From positions 1 through 34,743 of the IMG/VR virus record IMGVR_UViG_3300020045_006524: 34,743 bases of DNA; one strand, written 5' to 3'. This document shows positions 25,357-34,659 of this stretch, one piece after another (position 1 is the stretch's first letter; every line of letters begins with the position of its first letter). Source of the stretch: a virus. Its lineage: Duplodnaviria; Caudoviricetes. The notes below the pieces were generated by a model. The model worked only from the letters and a program-made list of their open reading frames with translations. It did no database searches and had not been told where the DNA came from. Made by a program: the position numbers and the translations under genes.

Positions 25357-26606
25357 GCTGGTACGCTTTTAGATGAATAATATGTTATCTTACTCTGGTC
25401 GAATCCCTTGAGACTCTTCTCCAACCAGCGTTCGTCTGCTGTGCCTTGCACACACAGGATGTAAATGATTGCCTTGTGACCATCTCTCTGACGTAAACAG
25501 CGGCCCACTCTTTGAACAAGGTTACGTTCATTGCTATCCACCTGAATGATGAGGCTCTGATCCAACTCAAAGAAATTCAGACCTTCATTGGCTGCATTCA
25601 CCACTCCTAAGATGTTAATCTGGGCCGTGTTGAATCTGTTGATAGCAGTGCTACCACTTTTACTGTGATATACATTCTCTCCCAGCAGTTCCTCACACTG
25701 AGCTATGCTACCTGCAAACACCAGTGTTCTCTTTCCAGCAGATATGCTCTTGATACACTTGGCAGCCAATGCTGTCTTGCTAGGTAAGTTGTAGAGGAAC
25801 CGGTTCCTCGCCATTGTAGCGAACATGGCCAGCTTCTCCAACGATGCCTTCTGCTTGGGAGTAGCGGCACCACCTGCTTGTGCCCGGTACTTCTTGATCT
25901 GCTTTTCCATGTAATTGTACTGAGCATACTCGGTAGTCTGGAATGGAGCAGTCTTGGTGCCGGCAGTGATATTCTTGGTACTGTCATCCAAATAGGTTTC
26001 AATCACCCTGATCTCATAGTCTGCTATCATTCCATCAGCAACTCCCTGATCCAGACTGTAAGTGAATACCACTGGTGCTATCTTGGCAATGATGGCAGCC
26101 TTCTCCGGGTCACGTTTGGGATCAGGCACTGTGGCTGTGAGGCCCATGACTGCATCGGCTAAGTTGGTGGACAGGAATGTGGTGAGTACATCTTCTCCTG
26201 TCTGCAGGAAAGCTGTAGCTGAGAGCTCGGTCAAGCGGTGAACCTCATCTAAGATGATGAGCTTGTACCTAGTTGGATTGTTCATCTCGTTCTTGAGCGA
26301 TGCAAAGCAGATAGCTTTTACATTCCTATCATACATGTAATGGCAATCCCAATCAGAGAATTCCCTTGGCCAATTCTCATCTCTCAACTTCTCAGTAGGA
26401 GTGACAAGTAGTATTGGCTTAGACTCATTCTGCAGGTAATGCTCAAGTAAGATTAGCTCCCTTTCCATTCTTTGGCACTCCATAACAGCTACTTTACTCT
26501 TGCCAAACCCGGTACCCGCAGCCATTGTACCTACTCTACCAGCAGCAAGCCACACGGCATGAGCCTGCTGCTGGATCTCGTCTTTGACGCTATTGATCTC
26601 TTTCAT
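25353..26606 (-). CDS. Superfamily 2 (DExH) helicase
   Basis: GTGFGKS, ILDEVH, GLTAT, NEGLN and QRVGRCLR motifs; start moved to MKEINSV (26606). Confidence 0.88.
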   Translation of the reverse strand: MKEINSVKDEIQQQAHAVWLAAGRVGTMAAGTGFGKSKVAVMECQRMERELILLEHYLQNESKPILLVTPTEKLRDENWPREFSDWDCHYMYDRNVKAICFASLKNEMNNPTRYKLIILDEVHRLTELSATAFLQTGEDVLTTFLSTNLADAVMGLTATVPDPKRDPEKAAIIAKIAPVVFTYSLDQGVADGMIADYEIRVIETYLDDSTKNITAGTKTAPFQTTEYAQYNYMEKQIKKYRAQAGGAATPKQKASLEKLAMFATMARNRFLYNLPSKTALAAKCIKSISAGKRTLVFAGSIAQCEELLGENVYHSKSGSTAINRFNTAQINILGVVNAANEGLNFFELDQSLIIQVDSNERNLVQRVGRCLRQRDGHKAIIYILCVQGTADERWLEKSLKGFDQSKITYYSSKSVPA

Positions 26607-26607
26607 A

Positions 26608-26892
26608 CTACTGTTTAAATCCCTGCTCTTTCGAGTAGAGTGTTGATAATGTATCCGGGCATAAAATTGGAGTGACCGCATTCTGAGCATGGAATACACT
26701 ATCCCATGGCTCATCATCCTGTAGTTCACTTTTACCAGCTTGTAGTCCTCGTTGGAATGCGGCTTCTACCCAGCCATTGACCAGCAGAAGTACATCTTCG
26801 GCCTCATCCTGCTGGAGATTGTAAAAGGAAGCTACAATGAGTTCCTGCTTTCTCTGCTGATGCTTAGTCAGCTTTTCAGTTGTTGTACTCAT
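26608..26892 (-). CDS. Hypothetical protein
   Basis: 94-aa ORF tightly packed between neighbours. Confidence 0.6.
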   Translation of the reverse strand: MSTTTEKLTKHQQRKQELIVASFYNLQQDEAEDVLLLVNGWVEAAFQRGLQAGKSELQDDEPWDSVFHAQNAVTPILCPDTLSTLYSKEQGFKQ

Positions 26893-27140
26893 GGTTCTTT
26901 GTTTAATTCGGTGATGAGGGCTTTGGCATACTGTACCGATTGCTTTGCAACCAAATCAAAACTTACTGCAGCTGTAGTATCGTTGAAGTCGTTTCTACAC
27001 CAATGATTAGCAAGTATCCCCTGCATGGCCATTGCTGACCACTTCTGCAATAGAGTCTCGCCTTCAATTGTAGTCCAATAGTCTGGGAACTGATTTCTTT
27101 GCTCCATAGTAGGATGAGCTGGTTCATTTCCTGTTATCAT
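26889..27140 (-). CDS. Small phage protein of a widespread family
   Basis: EPAHP...TLLQKWSAMAMQGILAN...AKQSVQYAKALITEL resembles a common phage 'AMQG' protein pattern. Confidence 0.7.
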   Translation of the reverse strand: MITGNEPAHPTMEQRNQFPDYWTTIEGETLLQKWSAMAMQGILANHWCRNDFNDTTAAVSFDLVAKQSVQYAKALITELNKEP

Positions 27141-28573
27141 GTTTCAATGTATAAAGTTGAAGCGGCACGGGTGCAGGCTGTGTACAGTATCCTGTTCCTC
27201 TCCACCGTCTTCTTGTTAGCTAATATGTCCCACTGTAGGACGAGAGCGTTCTGAAATGTGCTTCCCTGACTGTTGTGGCTCGTTAAGGCATAGTTGTATT
27301 TCACCCAAGCAGATTCACCCATCACTTTGTAATACTGTTTCCACATCTTACCACGTTTGTCTGCTGGTGCCTGAAGGGCCATGTTCTTTAACTGGTCCAG
27401 GATCTTGGTGAACAGCATCGTAGAGTCATCATGGATGATAGGGATGTGGCCTTGCTTGGTTTCCTTCTCCGTAGACCACTGAATGCCTACATTGTAGAAC
27501 TTCAATGTTGCTCCGTCTAAGGCTCCGTAAGCATCTGCCCAGGTTATCTGCTTGTTGAGAGTGGCAATTACTTTCACCTCTACCTCATCATTCTTAGTCA
27601 ATAGCTGACGTGGACTGATGGCGTAAGGCTTCTCCATGATGAGCTTCTCATTGAGCATGATTTTGCTGAGGTAAGGAGCACTGCTGTAGATGATTCCACG
27701 AATGGTATCATTGTAGTTGTTCACAGTTACATTCCTCCAGGCTACCACTTTCATGAAGTCACTGTCACGGTTGAACGCCGGGTCAGTAAACATCTGCTTG
27801 AGGATAGCTATCTCCTTCAGGGAGCCACTATCCAGCAGACTGATACCGGTACCATTCTCCAGCAGATGTTCCCTTGGAGAGAAGTCCTCTGATGTGAGGT
27901 TGTTCCTGATCTCGGTGACATACTCAATGATAGGATTACCATTCTTCTGTCTCATAATTTCAGTTAACTCCCATGTAGGCATTCCCCATGAAGCAGCATT
28001 GCGAAAGGGCACACAATCTAAGTGTTTCACAGGCGGGATTTGTGCAGAGTCACCAGTAAAGATCACTTTCAATCCCTTCTTCACCCACGGCACCAGGTAT
28101 GTGAATAGCTGATCCGTGAGCATAGATGTCTCATCCACTATCAGCAGATTGATGTCCGTGATTGGGGGGGGAGTAGAGGAGAATTTCTCCGGCTCATACG
28201 TTACCTCTCCGGTGAATTCATTGACCTGCTCACGAAGAGCAAGCATTGAATGAAGTGTACGGTAGTCTACTGTTTTGATGGCGTGTTTACGCAATACTTT
28301 GACAGCCTTATGAGTTGGTGCTGTCATCCCAATGCTGTACCTGCCGGAGTGTAATCTGCGGACTTCTTCCACAAACTTGGAGAGTACTGTTGACTTCCCT
28401 ACTCCGGCATAACCTTTAAATACAGCAGGCTTGGTCTGACTCCTATCGGTGAGCCAGTTCAGTAACTGATCGAGGACTGTCTGCTGCTTGTCGGTTAGTG
28501 TTATTCCAGCGGGGGCCGCTAAGGAATCTACCGGCTGGATGATTTCCTCTATGAGGGAGTTTGTTGTATCCAT
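27137..28573 (-). CDS. Dda/RecD-like SF1B helicase
   Basis: GYAGVGKS, APTHKA, IVDETSM, GDSAQIPPV, LTEIMRQ, HNSQGSTF and YTACTRA motifs. Confidence 0.9.
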   Translation of the reverse strand: MDTTNSLIEEIIQPVDSLAAPAGITLTDKQQTVLDQLLNWLTDRSQTKPAVFKGYAGVGKSTVLSKFVEEVRRLHSGRYSIGMTAPTHKAVKVLRKHAIKTVDYRTLHSMLALREQVNEFTGEVTYEPEKFSSTPPPITDINLLIVDETSMLTDQLFTYLVPWVKKGLKVIFTGDSAQIPPVKHLDCVPFRNAASWGMPTWELTEIMRQKNGNPIIEYVTEIRNNLTSEDFSPREHLLENGTGISLLDSGSLKEIAILKQMFTDPAFNRDSDFMKVVAWRNVTVNNYNDTIRGIIYSSAPYLSKIMLNEKLIMEKPYAISPRQLLTKNDEVEVKVIATLNKQITWADAYGALDGATLKFYNVGIQWSTEKETKQGHIPIIHDDSTMLFTKILDQLKNMALQAPADKRGKMWKQYYKVMGESAWVKYNYALTSHNSQGSTFQNALVLQWDILANKKTVERNRILYTACTRAASTLYIET

Positions 28574-28880
28574 CTCCTAAAAATGTTTTGAGATCGCTCT
28601 CTCTGATGAAATAAATCCCGGCAGTCAGTGTGACATCCGGTTGTCCGTGTTCATACGCATGTTTGGCATTAAACGCAATGGCATAGCCTGTTGGCTTCTT
28701 GTGAACTTCATTGCTGTTGTCCTTCACTTCTATGAAGAACGCATGGCCCTCAGTTAACAGCTTGTTACAGCTATCGCATACATACTGGGTGCCCTTGCCG
28801 CAGCATCTGCAGTCCTTGTCCATTGTCTTGAGTTTGATGAAGGATTGAGGCTTAGCTCCCTTCTGTTGAATTGTACCCAT
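28443..28880 (-). CDS. Hypothetical zinc-binding protein
   Basis: CRCC...CDSC; alternative start at 28823; tail overlaps the Dda-like gene by 131 nt. Confidence 0.55.
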   Translation of the reverse strand: MGTIQQKGAKPQSFIKLKTMDKDCRCCGKGTQYVCDSCNKLLTEGHAFFIEVKDNSNEVHKKPTGYAIAFNAKHAYEHGQPDVTLTAGIYFIRESDLKTFLGDGYNKLPHRGNHPAGRFLSGPRWNNTNRQAADSPRSVTELAHR

Positions 28881-29622
28881 TTGAATTAAGATTTGATATG
28901 ATTGGTAATAGTTTCTGTGCTAAATCCTCAATCGTCCCGTTGTTTTCGACCACAAAGTCGAAGTCTGCTGTGTCCAAAGATGTCTCTGATGAGTGCTGAA
29001 CAGTGTGTACATTCATGTTGAATGGTAAAAGGTCACGTTCTATTCTGATGGTGACTCCGCCTGCTTTCTTTACAGCAGACAGCTCATTTGGAAACCTGGT
29101 ATCCGTGATAATCCAGTTAGGCCACTTTGGTGGGTGCTCTATATAAAATGGAGTTGGTTTGTACTCAGCCATTAATGCATTCACCCATGACTGTTCATGA
29201 AGTTGGTTACGGATAGCATCAGTGCCGAGCTTTTGAAGAAATTGACGACCTGACATACCAATAGAAAGTGTATGAACTCCAGGCCGACCTGCAGTTCTTG
29301 CCCAACACTCCGGTAAAATACTTTCTTTAAATTCAGTTGTGTACAAATACTCTTCATTCATACCGAGTAAGATTGCCGCTATCTTACGAAGAGGATCTGC
29401 CCACTTCTTGATCTGCCAGCCTGAATGTCTCCCATTAATGTCTCCCCAACCTTCAATATGCTCGGTTTCAACCCAAGTTTTTAAGGATTGCCCTTTAGTT
29501 AATTCAAGAGTCTTTGGTAAATACAATTTTTCTAATGTTTGTTTCCAAACTAAGTATTGTATTATTTTTCCTGCTGTGTCTTTACCAGCTCCGCATTTTC
29601 CCGACAAGCTAATTATTGCCAT
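28852..29622 (-). CDS. Deoxynucleoside monophosphate kinase
   Basis: ISLSGKCGAGKDT, ADPLRK, RQFLQKLGTDAIR, ITDTRFPNE and HSSET motifs. Confidence 0.9.
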   Translation of the reverse strand: MAIISLSGKCGAGKDTAGKIIQYLVWKQTLEKLYLPKTLELTKGQSLKTWVETEHIEGWGDINGRHSGWQIKKWADPLRKIAAILLGMNEEYLYTTEFKESILPECWARTAGRPGVHTLSIGMSGRQFLQKLGTDAIRNQLHEQSWVNALMAEYKPTPFYIEHPPKWPNWIITDTRFPNELSAVKKAGGVTIRIERDLLPFNMNVHTVQHSSETSLDTADFDFVVENNGTIEDLAQKLLPIISNLNSNGYNSTEGS

Positions 29623-30125
29623 TTGTAACCTCCTGTTGTTTTTGATTGTAAAAGTTCCCTTGCACCTTCTATCTTCTTTCGGTTGCTGACCATTGTCATC
29701 CAGACTTCTGTAAGTCTTGTATTCGTTATGAACACAATTTTATCAATGTCCCTTGAAGACAGTCTTTGTATCTTGGGATCAAGCCGGTTTGTAACCTCTT
29801 GTATCCCATGCATTACTGTTGTGTGATCATACTGCTTACCAATAGCAGGGTTGTAATAAATGAATCTTCCAATTCCTTTTAAAGTAGCATCCTTAAACAT
29901 TTCCAATTTAGCCACGTAACAGAACAACTGTCTTGCTTCCGGAAGTGGAGTGGTTCTGTCTTTAGAATGGAACTTTTCAATTTCAATTGTATAAAATTCA
30001 CATACTACATCCCTCAATTCCTGGTAGCATTTCAGTTGTTCTATTCTGAACAGTGTCGTCACATCAAACTTGTACGCTTCCTTTATCCCGGGGTATCCGA
30101 AATAGGTAATGTTTGGTTTTTGCAT
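29613..30125 (-). CDS. Protein with DnaA C-terminal (domain IV)-like HTH
   Basis: SKDRT...EARQLFCYVAK...TLKGIGRF...DHTTVMHG matches the DnaA domain IV signature; no AAA+ domain. Confidence 0.75.
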   Translation of the reverse strand: MQKPNITYFGYPGIKEAYKFDVTTLFRIEQLKCYQELRDVVCEFYTIEIEKFHSKDRTTPLPEARQLFCYVAKLEMFKDATLKGIGRFIYYNPAIGKQYDHTTVMHGIQEVTNRLDPKIQRLSSRDIDKIVFITNTRLTEVWMTMVSNRKKIEGARELLQSKTTGGYKWQ

Positions 30126-30142
30126 TGTGACTAATTAAGTTG

Positions 30143-32350
30143 TTATTTTTGCCAACGCAATGTAATTGTGGTCTCAGCCTTCAGGATACCTGTAGGAATG
30201 AAGACCTTGGCTGCATCTTCCAGCAGCTTAGTTTGAACCGGTGCCCACTCATCTTTGAAATCATCTCTCACTACACAGTCGAGCTGGTCATGCACTTGCA
30301 TTACCATGTGTACTTTGTCTGAGAGATTGTTATTGTGGATATGATTGTACACTTTACCGATAGCTACCTTCATCATGTCTGCTGCTGTACCTTGTATAGG
30401 TTGATTCTTAGATGCTCGTTGCACCTCGCCCAGTCCTGGATGGTATTGAGCACCAGAAAGATGACTGTCAATAAAACGTGTATAGAATTGCCAGTTAGGA
30501 AAGAATCGACGTCTGTAGTAAGGCCATACAGTTTGTATATACCCATTCTTCACGCCGAAATCTCCTAAGTATTCCAGCATCTTACCAATGCCTGGAAATG
30601 CTATAAAGTAATCTACAATTATCTGCTTAGCTTCAGGTACAGATATGTGAAGAGTGCTTGCCAGCTTGAATTCAGACATGCCAAAAGCTAACCCAAAGTC
30701 CACAGTTTTTGTACCAGTTCGCATTGGCTTATGTCCAGGACATTTACACTTCTGCTTAGCATACTCTTTTTTACCATCTACCATTTCAACATGGTAATAT
30801 GCACAATCAGGAGACGCTGCATTCTTCCATTTCTTACCAAACACCTGCTCAGCAGCAGCACTATGCAGATCCTGTCCCTTAGTCAACACTTCAGCCCACA
30901 CCGGGTCTTTAGATAAGTAGGCTATCACAACCAATTCCTGACTCGCATAGTCAGAAGAGACAAAGCTCCAACCCCGTGGGGCGACGAATGCGTTGCGATA
31001 TTTATTGCCTACACTTTCCTTAGCCGGTATGTTCTGCATGTTCGGACCAGCAGACGAGATACGTCCGGTGGTCAACACCTGCTTGAAGTTGGTTCTCACA
31101 TGGCCATCAGGTTCAATCTTGGGTAGCTTCTTTTCAGTACCATAGATGAATGACTCACCGTATGTGCTCAAGAGCTTGGTACTATCCAGGTAATCATCTA
31201 AATCAGTGATAGATGGGTGCGCTGTCCTTCCTTTCTCTTCAGCAGACAAGCCCTTCAATCTCGGCTCAACTGTTTGCATCAGTGGTAGTACCTGATCAGT
31301 GCTATTCCAGTTGATAGTTGGCGTACCAGCGGGTATCAGTTGCTGCTCAGCAATGAGATAATCTCTATGCTCATTGACAACAACCTTAGCCACTTCTGAA
31401 CAATCACCATCAAGGTAATAGGGTAACCAATCAGGGACTGCCTGCTGTGCTTTAAGTTGAGTGGACTGCCACTTCTTCAATACTGCTTTACTCGTTCCCG
31501 GTAGTTCAGGGAACAAGTCTTTGAATAACTGCTCCTTCTGCTTAGGACTGTTCCAGTTGATCAGTACTCTATCCTCATCAGAGAGGTAATTGAGCTGATA
31601 TGCTACTGTCCTGAATGGCTCCTGCTGTAACCAACTATTGAGCTTCTCCTGTGCTGCTGATACCAATGGCTCAGCTTCCCTGGCCAATCCAATCCACCAC
31701 TCCTTGTCCACTTCCATTCCATGGTACACCATCTCGGCGAATGCCGGTACGATAGAGTTCTCCAGTTCCACTACTTTATCGAATGTCTCATAACTCTTGG
31801 CTGATGCCTCAAGCTTGATACTCTCTCTTAAAGCAGACAGATGCTTCACATCCTGTGCAGCGTAGACGACTTTCTCCGGAGTGAGGATGTTATCTCCAAA
31901 CAGCAACTGCTGTGACTTATCCAATACGACATCCAATCTCTTCAAGCAGATGTCATCCAGGCCATAGCCTACTGTGTGCTCTCCTCCCTGCAGTACCATC
32001 TCAGCCAGCATGGTATCGTAGACGTTTTGTACACGGATGCCGTGGAAGAGTAGCACTGTACATTCAAAAAGTGCGTTATGGATGAGCTTTAGCAGATTGT
32101 TATCTTCTAATCGTTCTCTGATCCATGCCTTATGCATATCTTGGCACTCACTCCATTGTATTACCCATTGATCCTGATCATCTCCAAATTGCACAGTAAT
32201 AACCTTCTTCTCACACCACCATGGAGACACTGTAGTTTCAATATCAAACTCTATTTCAGTCTTTGGGAGTAACCATTCAATGAGATGCCTCCATCTATCT
32301 GCTTGGTACTCAGCAGACGGTTCTGTCGGGTTTCCTATTACGTAGATCAT
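30143..32350 (-). CDS. polA: Family A DNA polymerase (3'-5' exonuclease plus polymerase)
   Basis: FDIETT, IHNALFE, YAAQD; TGRISSAGPNMQNIP; motif A DYASQEL; motif B KTVDFGLAFG; NQPIQGTAAD; motif C QVHDQL. Confidence 0.95.
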   Translation of the reverse strand: MIYVIGNPTEPSAEYQADRWRHLIEWLLPKTEIEFDIETTVSPWWCEKKVITVQFGDDQDQWVIQWSECQDMHKAWIRERLEDNNLLKLIHNALFECTVLLFHGIRVQNVYDTMLAEMVLQGGEHTVGYGLDDICLKRLDVVLDKSQQLLFGDNILTPEKVVYAAQDVKHLSALRESIKLEASAKSYETFDKVVELENSIVPAFAEMVYHGMEVDKEWWIGLAREAEPLVSAAQEKLNSWLQQEPFRTVAYQLNYLSDEDRVLINWNSPKQKEQLFKDLFPELPGTSKAVLKKWQSTQLKAQQAVPDWLPYYLDGDCSEVAKVVVNEHRDYLIAEQQLIPAGTPTINWNSTDQVLPLMQTVEPRLKGLSAEEKGRTAHPSITDLDDYLDSTKLLSTYGESFIYGTEKKLPKIEPDGHVRTNFKQVLTTGRISSAGPNMQNIPAKESVGNKYRNAFVAPRGWSFVSSDYASQELVVIAYLSKDPVWAEVLTKGQDLHSAAAEQVFGKKWKNAASPDCAYYHVEMVDGKKEYAKQKCKCPGHKPMRTGTKTVDFGLAFGMSEFKLASTLHISVPEAKQIIVDYFIAFPGIGKMLEYLGDFGVKNGYIQTVWPYYRRRFFPNWQFYTRFIDSHLSGAQYHPGLGEVQRASKNQPIQGTAADMMKVAIGKVYNHIHNNNLSDKVHMVMQVHDQLDCVVRDDFKDEWAPVQTKLLEDAAKVFIPTGILKAETTITLRWQK

Positions 32351-32360
32351 ACTTTAAAAT

Positions 32361-32471
32361 TTAATCATCCCACAGATTAGTTACTATATGCTGTTCTGAA
32401 TCATTGATGTAATCAATAACATCTTGCAGGCTAATAATCCCCTGGTCAATAAGCTCTTTGACTTTCTCCAT
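32361..32471 (-). CDS. Small acidic protein not in the ORF track (36 aa, MEKVKELIDQGIISLQDVIDYINDSEQHIVTNLWDD)
   Basis: Fills the gap upstream of polA; ATG within the end of the previous gene. Confidence 0.5.
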   Translation of the reverse strand: MEKVKELIDQGIISLQDVIDYINDSEQHIVTNLWDD

Positions 32472-32910
32472 GTTCAACATATTGAAGTGTAAATAATTCA
32501 GGCTCCGGTTCTCCATCATAACGCAGATCAATGTCCGCTGATGTGGTCCCTATCCTGCTTGCTATGTAAACGTATCTCCCGAACTCGTCTATGTACCAGT
32601 CTCCATCTTCATCTCTCACCCGTTGCCTGTCGGCAATCTGTGACCTGGTTGTTACACCTGCTTGTATCAATGCTTCGTCTGCTTTGGATAACATAGGCTC
32701 ATGGTCAATGATGGTGTAGATGTGTAGAGACTGATCTTTCAGGTACTCAAGTACCTGTGAGTCCGGAAATGTTCTTTGAAATTTCACTGTTCTCAGATTC
32801 GAGAATCTTTGATACAGTGTGTTGTACCAGTTAGGAGTTACCCACTTTGTTAAAGGGAAACTCTCTGCCAGTGTTACGCTGCTCCGGTCGCTTGTCAGTA
32901 TCTTTACCAT
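32446..32910 (-). CDS. Hypothetical protein
   Basis: 154-aa ORF in operon orientation. Confidence 0.65.
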   Translation of the reverse strand: MVKILTSDRSSVTLAESFPLTKWVTPNWYNTLYQRFSNLRTVKFQRTFPDSQVLEYLKDQSLHIYTIIDHEPMLSKADEALIQAGVTTRSQIADRQRVRDEDGDWYIDEFGRYVYIASRIGTTSADIDLRYDGEPEPELFTLQYVEHGESQRAY

Positions 32911-33130
32911 AACCCAATCGGTTTGCTGTGTATAAACGAAGTGTTCTTACTACTCCCTGTGGTAATGCTCCTACCAGCTTGTAGAGAAATGTTGCCTGAG
33001 CTTTCGGGCTCATTGACTTCAATACCTCTACTGTTCTGTCAAAATCCATGACTGCGTGCTCTTCACCCAATCCTTCTTCATGCACCTGTTCTGTCTTAAC
33101 AGCAGGAGTCTTCTTGTTAAATAACCACAT
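32831..33130 (-). CDS. Hypothetical protein
   Basis: 99-aa ORF in operon orientation. Confidence 0.6.
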   Translation of the reverse strand: MWLFNKKTPAVKTEQVHEEGLGEEHAVMDFDRTVEVLKSMSPKAQATFLYKLVGALPQGVVRTLRLYTANRLGYGKDTDKRPEQRNTGREFPFNKVGNS

Positions 33131-33137
33131 GTTTCTT

Positions 33138-33611
33138 TCATTTACGCTGATGATTCATAAGGGCATTGTTGTTAAAGTCTTCCGGTGTCAGTGTGTTCAG
33201 AAATGAACTCTTGACAATCTTTCCCTTGTTCTGCAGTTGCTCATACCGGCCATTGAAATATGGAGTGATGTGGGCTGCTGCACCATGATAGAAAGAATTC
33301 AGAAATACTGTAAACAACCATACCCGTTGCTCTGTCGTGAGGGTTGGAAACCCATCAATTAATCCTGCTACCAATTCCTTGAATGAGATGGTCATGTACT
33401 CAATCTCTACTCCTTCAAGTTGTTCCACTGTGGTAACTTTTTGCAATTCCTCCCTGATCTTGAGGCTTGCGAGGTAATCATTCAAGACAGGCTCAGCTTT
33501 ATCCTGAAGTACCTTCTTAATCTCCTCATATAACGCTGGCCCATTCTTACCGAGAACTATCTCGATTGGGCTTTCTCCTCTTAAATCCAGGATGTCTTTC
33601 AATGCTGTCAT
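33138..33611 (-). CDS. Hypothetical protein
   Basis: 157-aa ORF in operon orientation. Confidence 0.7.
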   Translation of the reverse strand: MTALKDILDLRGESPIEIVLGKNGPALYEEIKKVLQDKAEPVLNDYLASLKIREELQKVTTVEQLEGVEIEYMTISFKELVAGLIDGFPTLTTEQRVWLFTVFLNSFYHGAAAHITPYFNGRYEQLQNKGKIVKSSFLNTLTPEDFNNNALMNHQRK

Positions 33612-33623
33612 AGAACAGTTTTA

Positions 33624-33848
33624 TTAGTTATCAATGAAGGCGCCTCTCGATACTACTATGTACCGGACACCGTCTTTTACGAACAGCTTCTTCCTGCTGT
33701 TGTTGAATGTGGCAGAGAGTTCTCTGTAGTTGTCTCCCCACACATTGTTGGCTTCATTCGGAGTGAAGTTGATAGCCCGTTCACCATTGTAGATGTAGTG
33801 GTTACCGTTAGCCTCGCTCCTGAATATCATCCATTTTCTCATCTTCAC
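33624..33848 (-). CDS. Hypothetical protein
   Basis: 74-aa ORF; start at 33848 or 33842. Confidence 0.6.
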   Translation of the reverse strand: MKMRKWMIFRSEANGNHYIYNGERAINFTPNEANNVWGDNYRELSATFNNSRKKLFVKDGVRYIVVSRGAFIDN

Positions 33849-33996
33849 ATTTTTGAATTGTTAAGAAATAAGTACTACCATCTTTCATTTCGATCCAGGT
33901 AGTGCCACAGTTCTCTGCTACAGAGGTTACATCTGCTGTGTCGAATGGAAGTTCCAGCTCTCGCTTCAGCTCCATCCAGAACTCTCTGTTATCCAT
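33808..33996 (-). CDS. Hypothetical protein
   Basis: Start moved to MDNREFW (33996). Confidence 0.55.
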   Translation of the reverse strand: MDNREFWMELKRELELPFDTADVTSVAENCGTTWIEMKDGSTYFLTIQKCEDEKMDDIQERG

Positions 33997-34609
33997 GTTG
34001 CGGAGTTTTAAAATTCTCAACCAGCATGTTAAACATAGCCAGCTGCTCAGGTTTAAGGTTTTCAATGATCCGTACTATTTGTAACATATCATCAAGACGA
34101 TACTTGCTCACTCCCTGCAGTTGAACATCAATCTGCTTAATGCCTTCAGTGATAGGGATAAACTCTTTAAGAATCTTCTGCACCTTGTCTTGGAATGTAG
34201 GCAGCCCTGTGTATAAAGATTGCCAGAACTCTTCCTGCTTTGTCAGATGTTCCTGATAAGCCTCATTAAATTTCTCTCTTGTCTTGGAGAGTATAGCTCT
34301 GTACTGGAGAGCCTCTTCATCAAGTTGCTCCAATTCCCCCTTCTTCCATTTCTTCTCCCTGGTGAAAATGTCATTGATAAGTTCTGATAGCTTTATTGCA
34401 TGTTCATCAGTGATCTTGCTTAATGGGGTAAGGAGTAGTTCAATCCCGTCAACTGACTTGTCATTAAGTACCCTTACAAGTCTCTCCGGTAATAGTTTTG
34501 CGCCGGTAGCCCAAACTCCCGGCTCATAGTCTATATATCGGTATCTAAAATTGCAATACAAATACATAGCAAATACTGTTGCAATTTCTTCATTCGTTAA
34601 TTTTTTCAT
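33989..34609 (-). CDS. Hypothetical protein with coiled-coil C-terminal half
   Basis: Start moved to MKKLTNEE (34609) after an A-rich leader. Confidence 0.65.
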   Translation of the reverse strand: MKKLTNEEIATVFAMYLYCNFRYRYIDYEPGVWATGAKLLPERLVRVLNDKSVDGIELLLTPLSKITDEHAIKLSELINDIFTREKKWKKGELEQLDEEALQYRAILSKTREKFNEAYQEHLTKQEEFWQSLYTGLPTFQDKVQKILKEFIPITEGIKQIDVQLQGVSKYRLDDMLQIVRIIENLKPEQLAMFNMLVENFKTPQHG

Positions 34610-34659
34610 TTTTTTTATTTTTAAGTGATTCAATTGATGTTTTAATTTTAGCTTAATTA

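Noticed and set aside
28164-28171. G8 homopolymer as a phase-variation tract
   Set aside because: Encodes a Pro run in an intact helicase; short, with no frameshift evidence
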